Source of the DNA: Eremomyces bilateralis CBS 781.70
Taxonomy: Eukaryota
Assembly (NCBI GenBank): GCA_010015585.1
Contig: ML975150.1
Strand: one strand, 5' to 3'
Length of the DNA: 64,000 nt
Shown one piece after another: positions 48,539 to 59,829 of the stretch; positions within the stretch are counted from its first letter, which is position 1, and each line of letters opens with the position of its first letter. A program made the translations under genes and the position numbers. Below the pieces are notes generated by a model. That model was not told the DNA's origin. It did not search any database and saw nothing but the letters and a program-made list of their open reading frames with translations.

Positions 48539-51500
48539 CTACGCACGAGCACGATACCCTTCAGATCTCAGCCCCGCGACACTCCTCCACGGTCCTCTTG
48601 TCTGCTGCTCCCGAGTAGACGGCGACGAGGACGGCAGATGCTGAGAAGTCGGGGTTAGCGACGGCCTTCCAGCGATTTTGAGACCCCGCAGGCTTGCTTC
48701 CATCGATGCGATGTCATCAAACTCACTTGCGGTATGTGGCAGTCTTGATCCGGGCCGGACGTTCTCTTGACGGGTGTCCGCAGCCCACCCCGATGGAATG
48801 GCGAGGTCTTCCCCACCCGGGAGGCAGATATGCGTGGCGTCGAGGGTCTCTTGGATGTCGCGAAACAGGATGTCCATAGGACAGATGTAAGCGACCCGCG
48901 TGCTCTTGCACCAGGCCAGTACGTGACCACAGACGCGTCCGGATTCGTTTTGAATGACCCATGCTCCAGAATCGCCGCCAGCGCCAAATTCGCCACGAAC
49001 GGCCCAGCTGCGGGAGAAGGAGCGTCGTTTGTAGATGCGGACCGCGCCCATGGTCTCGTTAATCCTTCCTTCCTTGAGCCCGCTTGTGCGTCCGAAGCAA
49101 TGGACCGGACTGCCGCCGATCTTCCGGGAGTCGGCGATCTCCCGGGGATACTCGTCTTCGGCGGCAGAATACCCGTTCCGCGAGACTGGTTGCCGAAGGC
49201 TCGGACGCCATTGGTCTCTCCTGTTGCTGGGAGTTCGACGGAAACGGCCGCCTCCTTGAATAAGATTGTAAGGTTGCAGCCTCCCGTCGTCGATCTGGAT
49301 TAGACTCCAATCGATCTCATGTAATAGGTCATCGAACACCGCCCGTCGGATTCCTGAGGTAGCATGTATGTGGCCGAATCGATTGGAAAGGGTATGGTCT
49401 TCATCTCGATCATCTGGGTCTGGAAAGAAGTCCACATCCACATCTGTGAGCGCCGGTTGCGTAACAATGATATCTTCCCCTTCTCCCTTCGGTATCCCTT
49501 CGACATCACCTGCTGTTCCGTCTGTTCCGGTCTCGCTAGCGGCCCCATCATCGTCTTCAACGTCGGGCTCTTCATTGTCGTCATCCTCATTCGACGATTC
49601 GTCTGACAATTCAAATGGCGTCCATCCATCCATCGATGTGTCAACCGCCGTCCCAGAACCGATGGTCCTGAGAAGGAATTCAGGATCGAAGCCGTCACGA
49701 GCACTTGAGCGGGCGGGACTGTCATCGAGAACGTCGTTTCCATCGTCCGAATCGTCCGAATCGTCATCACTATCGCTTGGTGCATCTAAGATATGATGAA
49801 CGCTCATTCCGTAGGGCTTTCCGTCCACCATGATCACTCCGCCAAAAGAGACAGGAGGGAGATGGTGGTTCATGAAGGCCCCAATGGACGATCCACATAG
49901 GGGTTGTTCCTGGTAGAATGGATTGAGAGGCACCGGCTCATCGCTATCACTGTCCATGGACCGATGCAAAGGATGCGCCGGACGGTTGGTGCCACGGCTC
50001 GTGACCTTGGAGCGTCGAATCTTGCCTTTGCGAACTTTCAAATCGAACATGGAATGATCATAATCAAGCGATCGATTGATCGTGCCCTTCACCTTCGCCG
50101 TGCTGCTGCAAGTGACGAATATGGTTGGTCGAGCACTTGCCGGTGTATCGCCAACGCCGAAGAGGTCGATGCTCACCGTCTCATCAGAGTTGCGGAGCGC
50201 CCTACCAACCACGCGCTCAAGACCTGGAAGCACCTCATTGTGCCACTGGTCTAGTACCTCTTCAGGAAATGGAGTCTGCTGAATTCTCAGCTTGCGTCGC
50301 GGTTTTGGCTCGGGTGGGGTTATGAAAACAGCCGAAGTTTCTGTTGAGATGTCCCGGCTATCGGGTACAATGTAGTCCGCCTCCCTTGCTTCATTGTGAG
50401 AGTTCCTTGATTTGTCGATGTGGGTCGAAGTGCCACTTTCACCGCGACTTCGATGCGGGTCCATAGCAATGGAAACTTGCTGCCTGCCTTCGGTAATCGT
50501 GGATTGAATAGGATTGACCTGTTGTTTGCGATCGCGGCTCTCTCGCCACTGCTGGTGCGCGACACTAACTTTGCGACGATACTCTGTCAAAGAGAGTTTC
50601 TTGGTATGGTGAGAACGCCATGCACGAGCAATAATGTTTGCTGCTCGTTTGTACCGGGATGAGACCGAAAGGACCGAGACGTTGTCCTGTTTATCTGTTG
50701 ATGCGACAGCCTGTGGCTCGGAAAGGTCTTCTTCGGTGATGATTTCTGGGTTTTCATTCCACCGAGCAGTTTGTCTGCGGAGGAAGCGTCCGGGATTCGC
50801 AGGCAAAGAATTGGATCTCCGTAAGTCCATCACGTGCGGGCTTGGTGGTTCTTTTACTGCAGCGGCCGACCGCGTGGGCCCTCGTTGACCCTCTAGGAAA
50901 TTGGAGACGGAGGTGCTGATCGAAGCTGCATCATCTTTAACACCAATTTCCTCGTCCTCATCCAACAAGCAGCATCGTCGCAACCGGTTCAAGGCGCGCT
51001 CATAGAGCAAGCGGGAAGGCTCCGACGTCTGCAAACCCGTGGCCGTCTTCACAGATGCACCAAGAAAGTCCTGGACTACGTGCATATACGCCGTGCCGCA
51101 TTTCGCAGCGAGTTTCTTCACGAAAGTGTCTTCAATCTTCAGTTTGAACTCGGTCAGTGAGTATCTCGGCTTGAAAATCTCAGCAATTGGCAACCACATT
51201 CCAATCTCGAGGAGGATGAGGCCGAGACTATAGAGGTCAAAATGCAGACCGTAGGACTTGCTGTTCCGTTGATTCGCCCGAGGGTCGTTGGGATGGCGGT
51301 AGATGTTCTGATTGGGGGCAGAAGGGGGCGGTTCGACGAGCGAGTCGGAGAAAAAGTCGAAGGAGCACAAGTACGGATTCCTCATGTCATGATTGGAGTA
51401 TGTGTCTCCCAGGCTCTGGGTAACCGCAGCCGGCTTTTTGAAAAAGACGATGTTGCTACTGTTGATATCTTTGTGGACGAGCTCTTCATCATGAAGTCGA

Positions 51501-52747
51501 TGAAACGCTCGCACGATGTTGTACGCGAGTTTGAACCGGATTTCGAGCGGAGGAAGTGTCGGGATCACCCTTCGAGAGGAGGTGTGGACTCTCGCGGTAG
51601 TTTTGATGAGTTCGAAGAGCGACGTCGGTCGAAACTCATCGAGGGACTTCTGTGAGTCCCAGGCGCCACCGTAGACGGATTTGGGTAGCTCGTAGACCAT
51701 TCCGTAACGTGGCTGCCTTGGATCCTCAAAATAGCCTAGGCAGGGCAATACTCCGCTCGAGGCCGCATCGGAAGACGACGTGGTGGAGAAGTACGTGAGG
51801 AATGCCTCCAGTCTATCCTGCGGAAGCCGGACTCCCGTATCTCGATAGATGGGATCAAAGTTACAGAATTCAATCAGGACAGGGACGGTGGAGGAATTGA
51901 ATTCGGCGAGTTTGGAAGGGATCCCGGGTGATCCGCGAGTGTAGTGGCCGATCATTCGCGAATTCGCGCGAACAAAACTCTCATATGGGGGTGGCTGCTC
52001 TGGGGGTAGGGAGAGACATGAGTAGTCGATCCGATGGGGTAGCGACATCGTCGCCAGGTCGGCCTTATGGTACGGCTCATAGGTGGAGACGAGGGTCTTC
52101 GACGTGGAAACTCTACTTACGCCGCGGGTAGATGGAGGGGTTGAAGGTGATCCGGTGAATTCATCGGACAGAAAGAGGCTGCGGTGGAATGATAATGAGG
52201 ACCTCGACGGAGGATCGTCTTGGGCCAAGTGGGTCGGATAGGTGCCCTGTTGGACGGCTTTCCGTGACCGTGAGAGGTCGTATAGAATGTCGATGGAATT
52301 CGTAAGATCTTTCGCTAGCTCTTCATACCGCGCCCGGTTGGATGCGGACCATGTCGGTCTAGTAAAATCGACCTTTTCCGACGTGATATCCTTGGGGGCG
52401 TTGAAGCGGACGCGTAGGGTCAGCGATTCCACTTCGGTCAGGATGTCTTTGATGGTTCTCATCACATCTTCAACCATGTCGGTATAACCGGCGCGAGCTA
52501 TGGATTCATCGATGGTCTGTTGGCTCCCTTCGGTCCATTCCAGGCCCCACGTGACCAACCGGTTCTTCTGAATGCGATAGCGTCGATGCAAAGCATGGAA
52601 CTCGGGGGTGTCCAAAACCCTCTCTTGTTCCGTGATGGACTGGTAAGAATGTTTGGTGTCGGAATACAGTTGGGTCAAGTCATGTTTCCGAGCAAGGCCT
52701 CCCCCTAGAACGCTCTCCATTGTCGCATGCGACGCCATGTCCTGCAT
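48539..52747 (-). CDS. HeLo-like domain + protein kinase-like (probable pseudokinase) + IQ-like motifs + trypsin-like (Ssy5/S64-like) serine protease fusion, 1402 aa, intronless
   Basis: HeLo-like RYRIQKNRLVTWGLEW; kinase-like LPCLGYFEDP...RFKLA...VHKDINSSNIVFF...YRHP...DLYSLGLILLEIGMW; protease-like SIGA...GGVIMVDGKPYGMSVHH...IDWSLI...GRTSG...GDSGAWV. Confidence 0.88.
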   Translation of the reverse strand: MQDMASHATMESVLGGGLARKHDLTQLYSDTKHSYQSITEQERVLDTPEFHALHRRYRIQKNRLVTWGLEWTEGSQQTIDESIARAGYTDMVEDVMRTIKDILTEVESLTLRVRFNAPKDITSEKVDFTRPTWSASNRARYEELAKDLTNSIDILYDLSRSRKAVQQGTYPTHLAQDDPPSRSSLSFHRSLFLSDEFTGSPSTPPSTRGVSRVSTSKTLVSTYEPYHKADLATMSLPHRIDYSCLSLPPEQPPPYESFVRANSRMIGHYTRGSPGIPSKLAEFNSSTVPVLIEFCNFDPIYRDTGVRLPQDRLEAFLTYFSTTSSSDAASSGVLPCLGYFEDPRQPRYGMVYELPKSVYGGAWDSQKSLDEFRPTSLFELIKTTARVHTSSRRVIPTLPPLEIRFKLAYNIVRAFHRLHDEELVHKDINSSNIVFFKKPAAVTQSLGDTYSNHDMRNPYLCSFDFFSDSLVEPPPSAPNQNIYRHPNDPRANQRNSKSYGLHFDLYSLGLILLEIGMWLPIAEIFKPRYSLTEFKLKIEDTFVKKLAAKCGTAYMHVVQDFLGASVKTATGLQTSEPSRLLYERALNRLRRCCLLDEDEEIGVKDDAASISTSVSNFLEGQRGPTRSAAAVKEPPSPHVMDLRRSNSLPANPGRFLRRQTARWNENPEIITEEDLSEPQAVASTDKQDNVSVLSVSSRYKRAANIIARAWRSHHTKKLSLTEYRRKVSVAHQQWRESRDRKQQVNPIQSTITEGRQQVSIAMDPHRSRGESGTSTHIDKSRNSHNEAREADYIVPDSRDISTETSAVFITPPEPKPRRKLRIQQTPFPEEVLDQWHNEVLPGLERVVGRALRNSDETVSIDLFGVGDTPASARPTIFVTCSSTAKVKGTINRSLDYDHSMFDLKVRKGKIRRSKVTSRGTNRPAHPLHRSMDSDSDEPVPLNPFYQEQPLCGSSIGAFMNHHLPPVSFGGVIMVDGKPYGMSVHHILDAPSDSDDDSDDSDDGNDVLDDSPARSSARDGFDPEFLLRTIGSGTAVDTSMDGWTPFELSDESSNEDDDNEEPDVEDDDGAASETGTDGTAGDVEGIPKGEGEDIIVTQPALTDVDVDFFPDPDDRDEDHTLSNRFGHIHATSGIRRAVFDDLLHEIDWSLIQIDDGRLQPYNLIQGGGRFRRTPSNRRDQWRPSLRQPVSRNGYSAAEDEYPREIADSRKIGGSPVHCFGRTSGLKEGRINETMGAVRIYKRRSFSRSWAVRGEFGAGGDSGAWVIQNESGRVCGHVLAWCKSTRVAYICPMDILFRDIQETLDATHICLPGGEDLAIPSGWAADTRQENVRPGSRLPHTASEFDDIASMEASLRGLKIAGRPSLTPTSQHLPSSSPSTREQQTRGPWRSVAGLRSEGYRARA

Positions 52748-53888
52748 ATCGTGGAAAGGAGATTATTCAGGGTCTTCTTGGGATCTTAGGATCTCTGCGG
52801 TACAATGGGCCATGAAAGCCGAGGGGTTTGACCAAGCTGATATGAAATTCGGAAATATTTAACGCAAATGACAGCAGAAGAATTGAACATACATCAATAC
52901 AGGACGATAGACAGCAAGCATGGGGAATGATATTGGATAGTTGATGATCAAAGGCGGAGTGAAATGTTGGAGCCTAAAGAGGGAAGCGTCAGTCGTCAGT
53001 CGTCAGCGGTCCAAGCCTCCTTCAAGAGGCACGTGCGCCACAGTGATGCTGGTGTGAGTGGTGTCTGGTGAGTGCTGAGTGGTGGTTCAGGGGTTCATGT
53101 TGCCTTACTGCCTCATGTCTGGTGCAGGTGAGTGTCTCAGTGTAGCAGGCGCAGCCGCGCACAGGGCACTTAGTCAGGTGCGCCTATCAGATGCAAAGTA
53201 GAATTGCAATAAGTGCACAGCCACTGACGCAATTCTATATCTGAGTACATCACGTGCAGCTGCGCCTCTTATCATCAATCCATCCTCCACCTCCAATGAC
53301 ATCCCACATGGGCCTCGCAGAGAGGCCTGACGGGCGTATGAATCTCTCTCTCTCTCCCCCCCCCAATGACATCCGTACATTCCTCAGCCTTAAATCAGTA
53401 GTAGACATCAGTTTACATACATGCTTGACTTGTCTATGTTACACTTTCCCCACCCTTACATCTAACAGACCTTAACATCTTTGGTGTCTTTCGAGAGGGG
53501 CCGGCATCAACCACAGAAGAGAAGACGCCGAACCCCCAGATACCTGCCCACATGCTTCAAATGAATCAAATCATATGTAGAGTACAAATAATTGCTCCCC
53601 GCCCGCTTTTGTCAATGAAATCTTACAACTCCGCACTGTTGTTCGAGGTGGCATGGTGGCAATCGCAAACTCTGCTATGTTCAGTCCTGTGATCGTCATG
53701 CTGGCTCCATGAGTGCTCACTTGGAGACGAAAACACGCCCACTTTCCTGTCAATTCATCTGTCATATCCCATTCGAACGCTTTGGATCATGCCCACACCA
53801 GCCACAACCCTGATCTTCGCTCGATGCTGGCTGGGAACGAGTCAGCACTTGATGAACAGTTCCCAGTGCCGTCGTCCAGTCCTAGGCT

Positions 53889-56800
53889 CTAATCGAGCAA
53901 GTTCAATCTAGAATCCGGTGGCCCTGGGAACGCGTCAGCCGTGTCATTGGACAGTGGCTGCACAACAATATTGTCCTGTCCGAAGTCCACGAGAAGGTCG
54001 TGATCCTCCTCGACCGATGGTGGATCGATGTTCCTGGCCGGCTTAGGAGTGGGAGCCCCCCCCGGCACGGCTGGCACGCCCGCCTTCAGTCGGTATGTGC
54101 TTTCTATGGAGATTTTCTTGTGCGCGATGGCGCGTGTCCCGGAAGAAAGGCGGGGCGGTAGGGTTTGCCGGTTGGTAGCCGTTGTTCCACCATTCCTATC
54201 GGGGCTGTTGGATGCGGGTTGGATGGCAGGTGACGGCGCATACATACGCTGGGCTGGTGTAAAACGTTGATGGGCCCCGCGTGCGAGTGCCGCTGCTTCC
54301 GCCGGCGTAGGTCCAGGAGTCGTGGACGGCTGAGCCTGGTATGAGGTTCGGTGAAAGATACTTCCGAAATTTTGGGTGGTTTCTACCGTCGAGTTCGGGC
54401 GGTGAAGCTCTCCCCGCAGGGCCTGGATTTCCGTTTCAAATCCGTTCTGGGCGAACTCACGCCAGCCGGCCACATGAACTTCCTGTTCTTCTTGGGTTAC
54501 GTCTGCAAGGAAACCGACCGCCCTCGGCGATCCTTCAGTTTGACGAGCCGTCTGGCTAAGAGCAGAGTTTGATTCGGGGCACATGAAACATCGACATGGC
54601 TCGCCGCAAATTTGACCACAAGAATGGCCACATGGAAGGCTTCGCTCGCATGACGATCGGCAAACGATTTGGTTGTGCGCAAAGCTACGGAATGTCAGGG
54701 AAGAGACGAAAAAATTGCGATATGACTTACGGATGGCAGCGAAGCTGGCATGGATGTCCACAGTCAAGCGGCGTGTCGCACTCCTCTCTACAACCTCCAG
54801 TCAAGTCGGCCCAATCATCGGGATCTATCATTATATATTAGTGAATGTCTAGGCAAGAAGTATGTCGATAAGCAGCTCACCCTCTAAGAACATTTTTCGG
54901 TCATGATTCTTGCAAGTAATCGGAAGCCAGAACCCGACACGCGATTTCGGAATGGCCCCTTGGGCCGTTTTGTGCCGGTACATCATGACGCAAATTTCAC
55001 CCCAGGTGTTGCTCTCCCTCGCAAGCAACTCGGCGTTTCCGAACATGTAGAAGCCACGTTTAGCTCGGGAGATGGCAACACAAACGCGGTTGTCAACCTT
55101 GAGAAACCCAATAGTCCCGTTGTCATTGCTTCGAACCAGGGACAGAAGTACAATGTCATTTTCCTCGCCTTGGTATGAGTCGACGGTTACAACGTTGTGC
55201 CTTAGGTTCCGGAGATTGTTGCGTTGACGGAGTAGCCGGAGAAGGCGCTTGCGTTGTCCGTTATAGAAGGTCAGAATGGTCATTTTGGTGGTGTCAATCC
55301 CGTTCATCCATAGATACTCATAGAACCCGACCACCATTTGGGCTTCTTGCTCGTTCATGGCAGACATGTAGTCGTCTCGTGATTCGGGATAGGTGTGGCT
55401 GAAGAAGAACGAATTGCAGCCGCCCATGCCAGGTACGGGAGGTCGGTTGGCCGGATCTTTGACCGAGTCATGGTCTTTGATGAGATCTCCATAGATGGGT
55501 CGCAAGATTCGACGGATCTCGGGAATCATGCGACGCTGCCTCCGGAGTGCATTATACTCGACGCCATTGTTGACCAACCGCTCGAAGAGTGACAAGTTTA
55601 AGTTGACCGGGTCTCCTTCGTGGAACCGGATGTTGCAATGGGGTCGGAGTTGCAAGTGGTCTCCAACCAGAATCAAATGATCCAGAGACGGAATGCATGC
55701 CGCAATCACTGGCGCCTCTAGAGTCTCCGCGGCTTCCTCGATCAGGACGATCTTCGGCTTGATTACTGCGACCATGGCGCGATACTTGCTGAAGCCGGTG
55801 GTGGTCATGCCGATAACCCTCTGTTGGGCAAGGATCGGAACGTCTCGCTCGAACGTTGCCAGCCGTCGTTTTGTTGCGACCTCGTCGTAGATTTTCGCCT
55901 TGATTTTGAACAGTTCGGTAACCTTCTTGGTCACCTGGCGTTGAAGATAGCCGAATACACTCGGTCGATCCTTGAAATCGATTTTGTACAAGTCCGTATT
56001 CCGAAGCCTCTTCTCGCATTCCGCATCCGAAAGTTGAACCCGCCCTTTTGCCGTGAAGTTGTCATGAATGCTGATCGTGGTTCCTTTGAGGACCTCGAAT
56101 TCTTCTTCATCGGTTGCGAATGTTTCCGCCTCCATTTCCCTGAGCTGTTCGAACTCAAGCTCCGCCTCTTCGAATTCGTATCCGAAATTATCACTCTCAA
56201 AAGATTTTCGCTTGAAGGTGAGGAGACTTCCAAGCCAGCTCCCCAAGAGTCCGGACTCTCCTTTGTCAGTCGTATCTGTCACGGCCGCCCATTCCGTGCC
56301 ACCTCGTAGCAGAGACTGTGCTTGCTCGTCGGAAATGATTCCGAACTTCCTCAAAAACTCGGCATCAATCATGCATTTTGACCCAAGCTTGATCGGCTCG
56401 AGTATCAACGCGATATCCCCGGCCAATGCTTGAAGCTCTTTCCTTGCTGCGATGAGAGAACCCGACAGAAATCGTGGCATATCCAACCCGCAGCGAACTT
56501 CGTACAAGGTCCTCTTCTTGACTACATCCACGTCTTTGGAACGGCCACCAAGGCGGAGGAAGCCTGGCTCAAACTCTGCGATATGACGTAGAAGTTGATC
56601 CAGAGCATGGTTGGTCTGACAAGTCACGACGATCGGCGGATCTTCATCCGCCATATTATCAATCAGGGTTCGGATAGCTTGCACCGAAACATAGGTTTTG
56701 CCAGTTCCCGGAGGGCCTTGGACGATCGCTATCTTTTTCGTCATGATCCGGTTCAAAGCGCTCCATTGAGACACATCCATGACGGTTCTTTTATCTTCGC

Positions 56801-57866
56801 TCGGCCACTCGGTAAGGATATTCAGTCGACTGGTTTCGAATCGACCTTGGTCATCTTTCGGCATGATTGCACGAAGGTCGATGGTAGGATTCGCTTGCAG
56901 ATATGCGGGTGCTTCGACATGTGATTGAGTATCGACGAGATGTTCGGCCAAAGGAAACCTTTTCATGTCAGCTTACATCTTGAGTTCCGAGGACCTACTC
57001 ACTTCTCATGCTGCATTCGTTGCAGTGCCACTAGCGTGTGTTTTGCTGCCTCAAAATAGCTTTGTCGTTCCTCGAGCATGACATACTCGATATCCGGATC
57101 TAGTATCAAATCTTCCGATCGGGCAAAGAACAAATCGACCTCTGGGGGATTTTGTTGGACTCCACTCAAAGGTCGGGCGGCTATGGTTGCGACAAGACAT
57201 GTAGTTCGGAAACAGTCATCGCGAGGACTGAGAACCACTAGTGAACCTTGAATCAATCGACTGGACTGTTCCCAATGGACACGTTTTCCGATGCGCTGAA
57301 TGGAAAAGACAACTTTAACTGCCACCCCCATGGTAGAAGGGATCACAGCGGTTACATGAACCTTCTTCCATCAATCCTTCAGTTTCATAATTTGGGATCT
57401 CACTTACTCGGTCATAGAATCCAGCGGTAGATCCCAAATCGGTTTCGCATGCCCCGGGATCTGATCTGAGCTGTTGAACCGCATCACGGAGGGGCTTGAC
57501 CGTATCACGGCGTAGCAGCTTATAGTGCGTTTCCAGGTACTTCTCCTTAGATTTCCAGGGACCATCGACTAGATTCCTCGGGCCAGAATAGTTGTCGGGG
57601 TCGTAGTCTAGAGGGTCGGTCTCGTCAAGGAACTCATTCGCGGTTGGCACCTCGGATTCCGATATCCAAGGCATGACAGGATTGGAACCATATTTGGACG
57701 GCGATTTGGACGCATATGTTCGGATCCTATTTTGGAGGGCACGGAATTCGACGAGATTGGTACGAACCGTCTCAATAAGAGGGTGACCGTCAGCAGACGT
57801 GCGATTAAAGTGAAATCGTCCATCAGGCGCACTCGATTCATGCCTTGGTGGGAATTCTCTCGGCAT
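53889..57866 (-). CDS. hrr1: Hrr1/SAD-3/ZNFX1-like Upf1-type SF1 RNA helicase with C-terminal NF-X1 zinc fingers; 4 introns
   Basis: Motifs YLETHYKLLRRD, WEQSSRLIQGSLV, QGPPGTGKT, TNHALDQLL, EEAAE, LVGDHLQLRP, SLFERL, VDSYQGEE and NRVCVAISRAK; zinc fingers CDTPLDCGHPCQLRCH|..CERSLPCGHSCGQICG. Confidence 0.92.
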
Positions 57867-59829
57867 GATCGGCTCTTGATGAGTCGTGCGGTGGAAGCAC
57901 TACGACGCGGAAAGATGGAGTCAGTGATGGCTCCGACCCATTACGCTGGTGGGGGAGTCGACGCACCTTATTCTTGGTCCGAAACGGTGGCTAAGAGATA
58001 GGAAGGGGGTGAAGGAAGGCGAGGAGCCAAAACCTTTTCCCAAACAGAAGAAGGCCGCTCCCTTGGATGCTGCTTTGGGTACTGTTTTGGATACTGACTG
58101 CGGCACTGAGTATTGGACTAAACAGAAGAGGTTTCTCGACCTCCTCAATTTTGGAATTCTGCAGTTTGGCTTGTAAAAACAGGTTTAATGGGTGTGGAGG
58201 GAAATTGAGGAATCCGGGAGAAATTAACAACGACAAACATCAGAGTGTAGTCGGATCATGTGGTTGATCGCCACGAGCGAAAGATTGCACGCCGCTGAGA
58301 ACCGTACAGAATCCAATGGCTCAAGGCACGACGAAAAGTACCCACCGGTGTCGCCTGCTTGTCTAATTGAGTTCTGTTTCTGCTACTTTTGCCAGTGTAG
58401 TATTTAGCCACCTGCTTCAACTCGCTGAGAAAGAAACGGGCCAGGGAGCTGCAAGCTATAACAACCCTCTGCTTCAAGCGAGTCGTCAAAGTGGAATTTC
58501 CGACACTGGCTGGATGACTGAATACTCTCAAACATACTGATCACTGGAACACTTCAAGTATAGGGTGTGTGTAAAAATAATTGACAGTCAAACGGGGAAG
58601 AGGAGGACGCATTAGCAGTAGAATAAGAAGAATTGGGCTGCAATGAGCATCCAGGAGAAGTTCAAGACATGCAAAGTGAAGTTGCGCAAAGAAGATCGAT
58701 ATATCAAGAATGTCCGTGCGACCTGGAGGTTGGAGAGGGTCAATACCATACCTCTGATTCCCCTGTAAGACGACAGGGTATTCCTTAAGCAGTCAGGATG
58801 TGGAGATGAGAGCTCAGATGACCTAATGGGTAGATGCATGCTGGTATTCATTATCCTTTTACTCCCACATCCCATCATGATTGGAGGATGATATACCATA
58901 CCCTTGGTCTCTCAATGGGATCGTTGCAAGATATTGGTCATACTGTCCGTCAGGATAGATACAGCTGCTCTCTGTATCCTCGGTTGTGTTGGTCATATAT
59001 TGTCCTAGAACGGAGGCGATGGAATGCCGTCGAGAGGCTCCTTGTCGCATCGAAGATCATTGCAAGCAGCGGCAAGGCTGTCTTCAAGATTCGTTACCGC
59101 TACTTATCCGAAACTGCATGCATGAATCAAGTATCCAAGTCACAAATCAACTAGACACTTCCCAAGCACTGAGCCCTGAAGCCAAGGCGGATGGGTACTG
59201 GTCCTGTGTACTCCATCGTGTGTCTTCGGTCGGGTACCGGAAGCATCAAACAAAGAGCAGAGGAGTCCACAGCCAAATAGGATAGTCACAAGATGGTTAA
59301 ATCATGATGCACGTAGGCTATAGATACAACAGAATGGGGATCCCATGAAGTCATGAATGGTCTGATTGCTTGAGGATGACATGATTAACGATGTGTCGAG
59401 AACTCGAGATGCGTGAAGCCGCGAACGAGGTTGAGTTTGGCACTCGAGCATAAACAAACCATACTGTAAATGGAATAGCGTCTACATCCAAAAGGAGCAT
59501 AGCGTTGTATCAAGCCTTACCAGCCGCAATGCGGATGCGCTCCATCATCCCTGACCGACAGTGACAGCGTATGAGCAGTATGGCTTCCCCACGATCTGGT
59601 TCAATGAAGTAAACGATTCATACAACCCGGAGCGCATTGAGGGCACTACATTTGACTCTCTAGTCGTGTCGCCATCTCCTCCCTACATGCGAACCAAGCA
59701 TGTAGAGAGCGATGAAATGACCCATCCACACACTTCTTTGTAACCTCCCGTTCCCTTTGAACCGTGGATTCTACCATAACGCCATTCCGACCTCCCACCA
59801 ATTCACCGCATGCGATTATTGACGAAGCC

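Noticed and set aside
53787..53891. Readthrough of the helicase TAG into about 33 further open codons
   Set aside because: TAG-AGC is not a leaky context and the extension carries no targeting signal.
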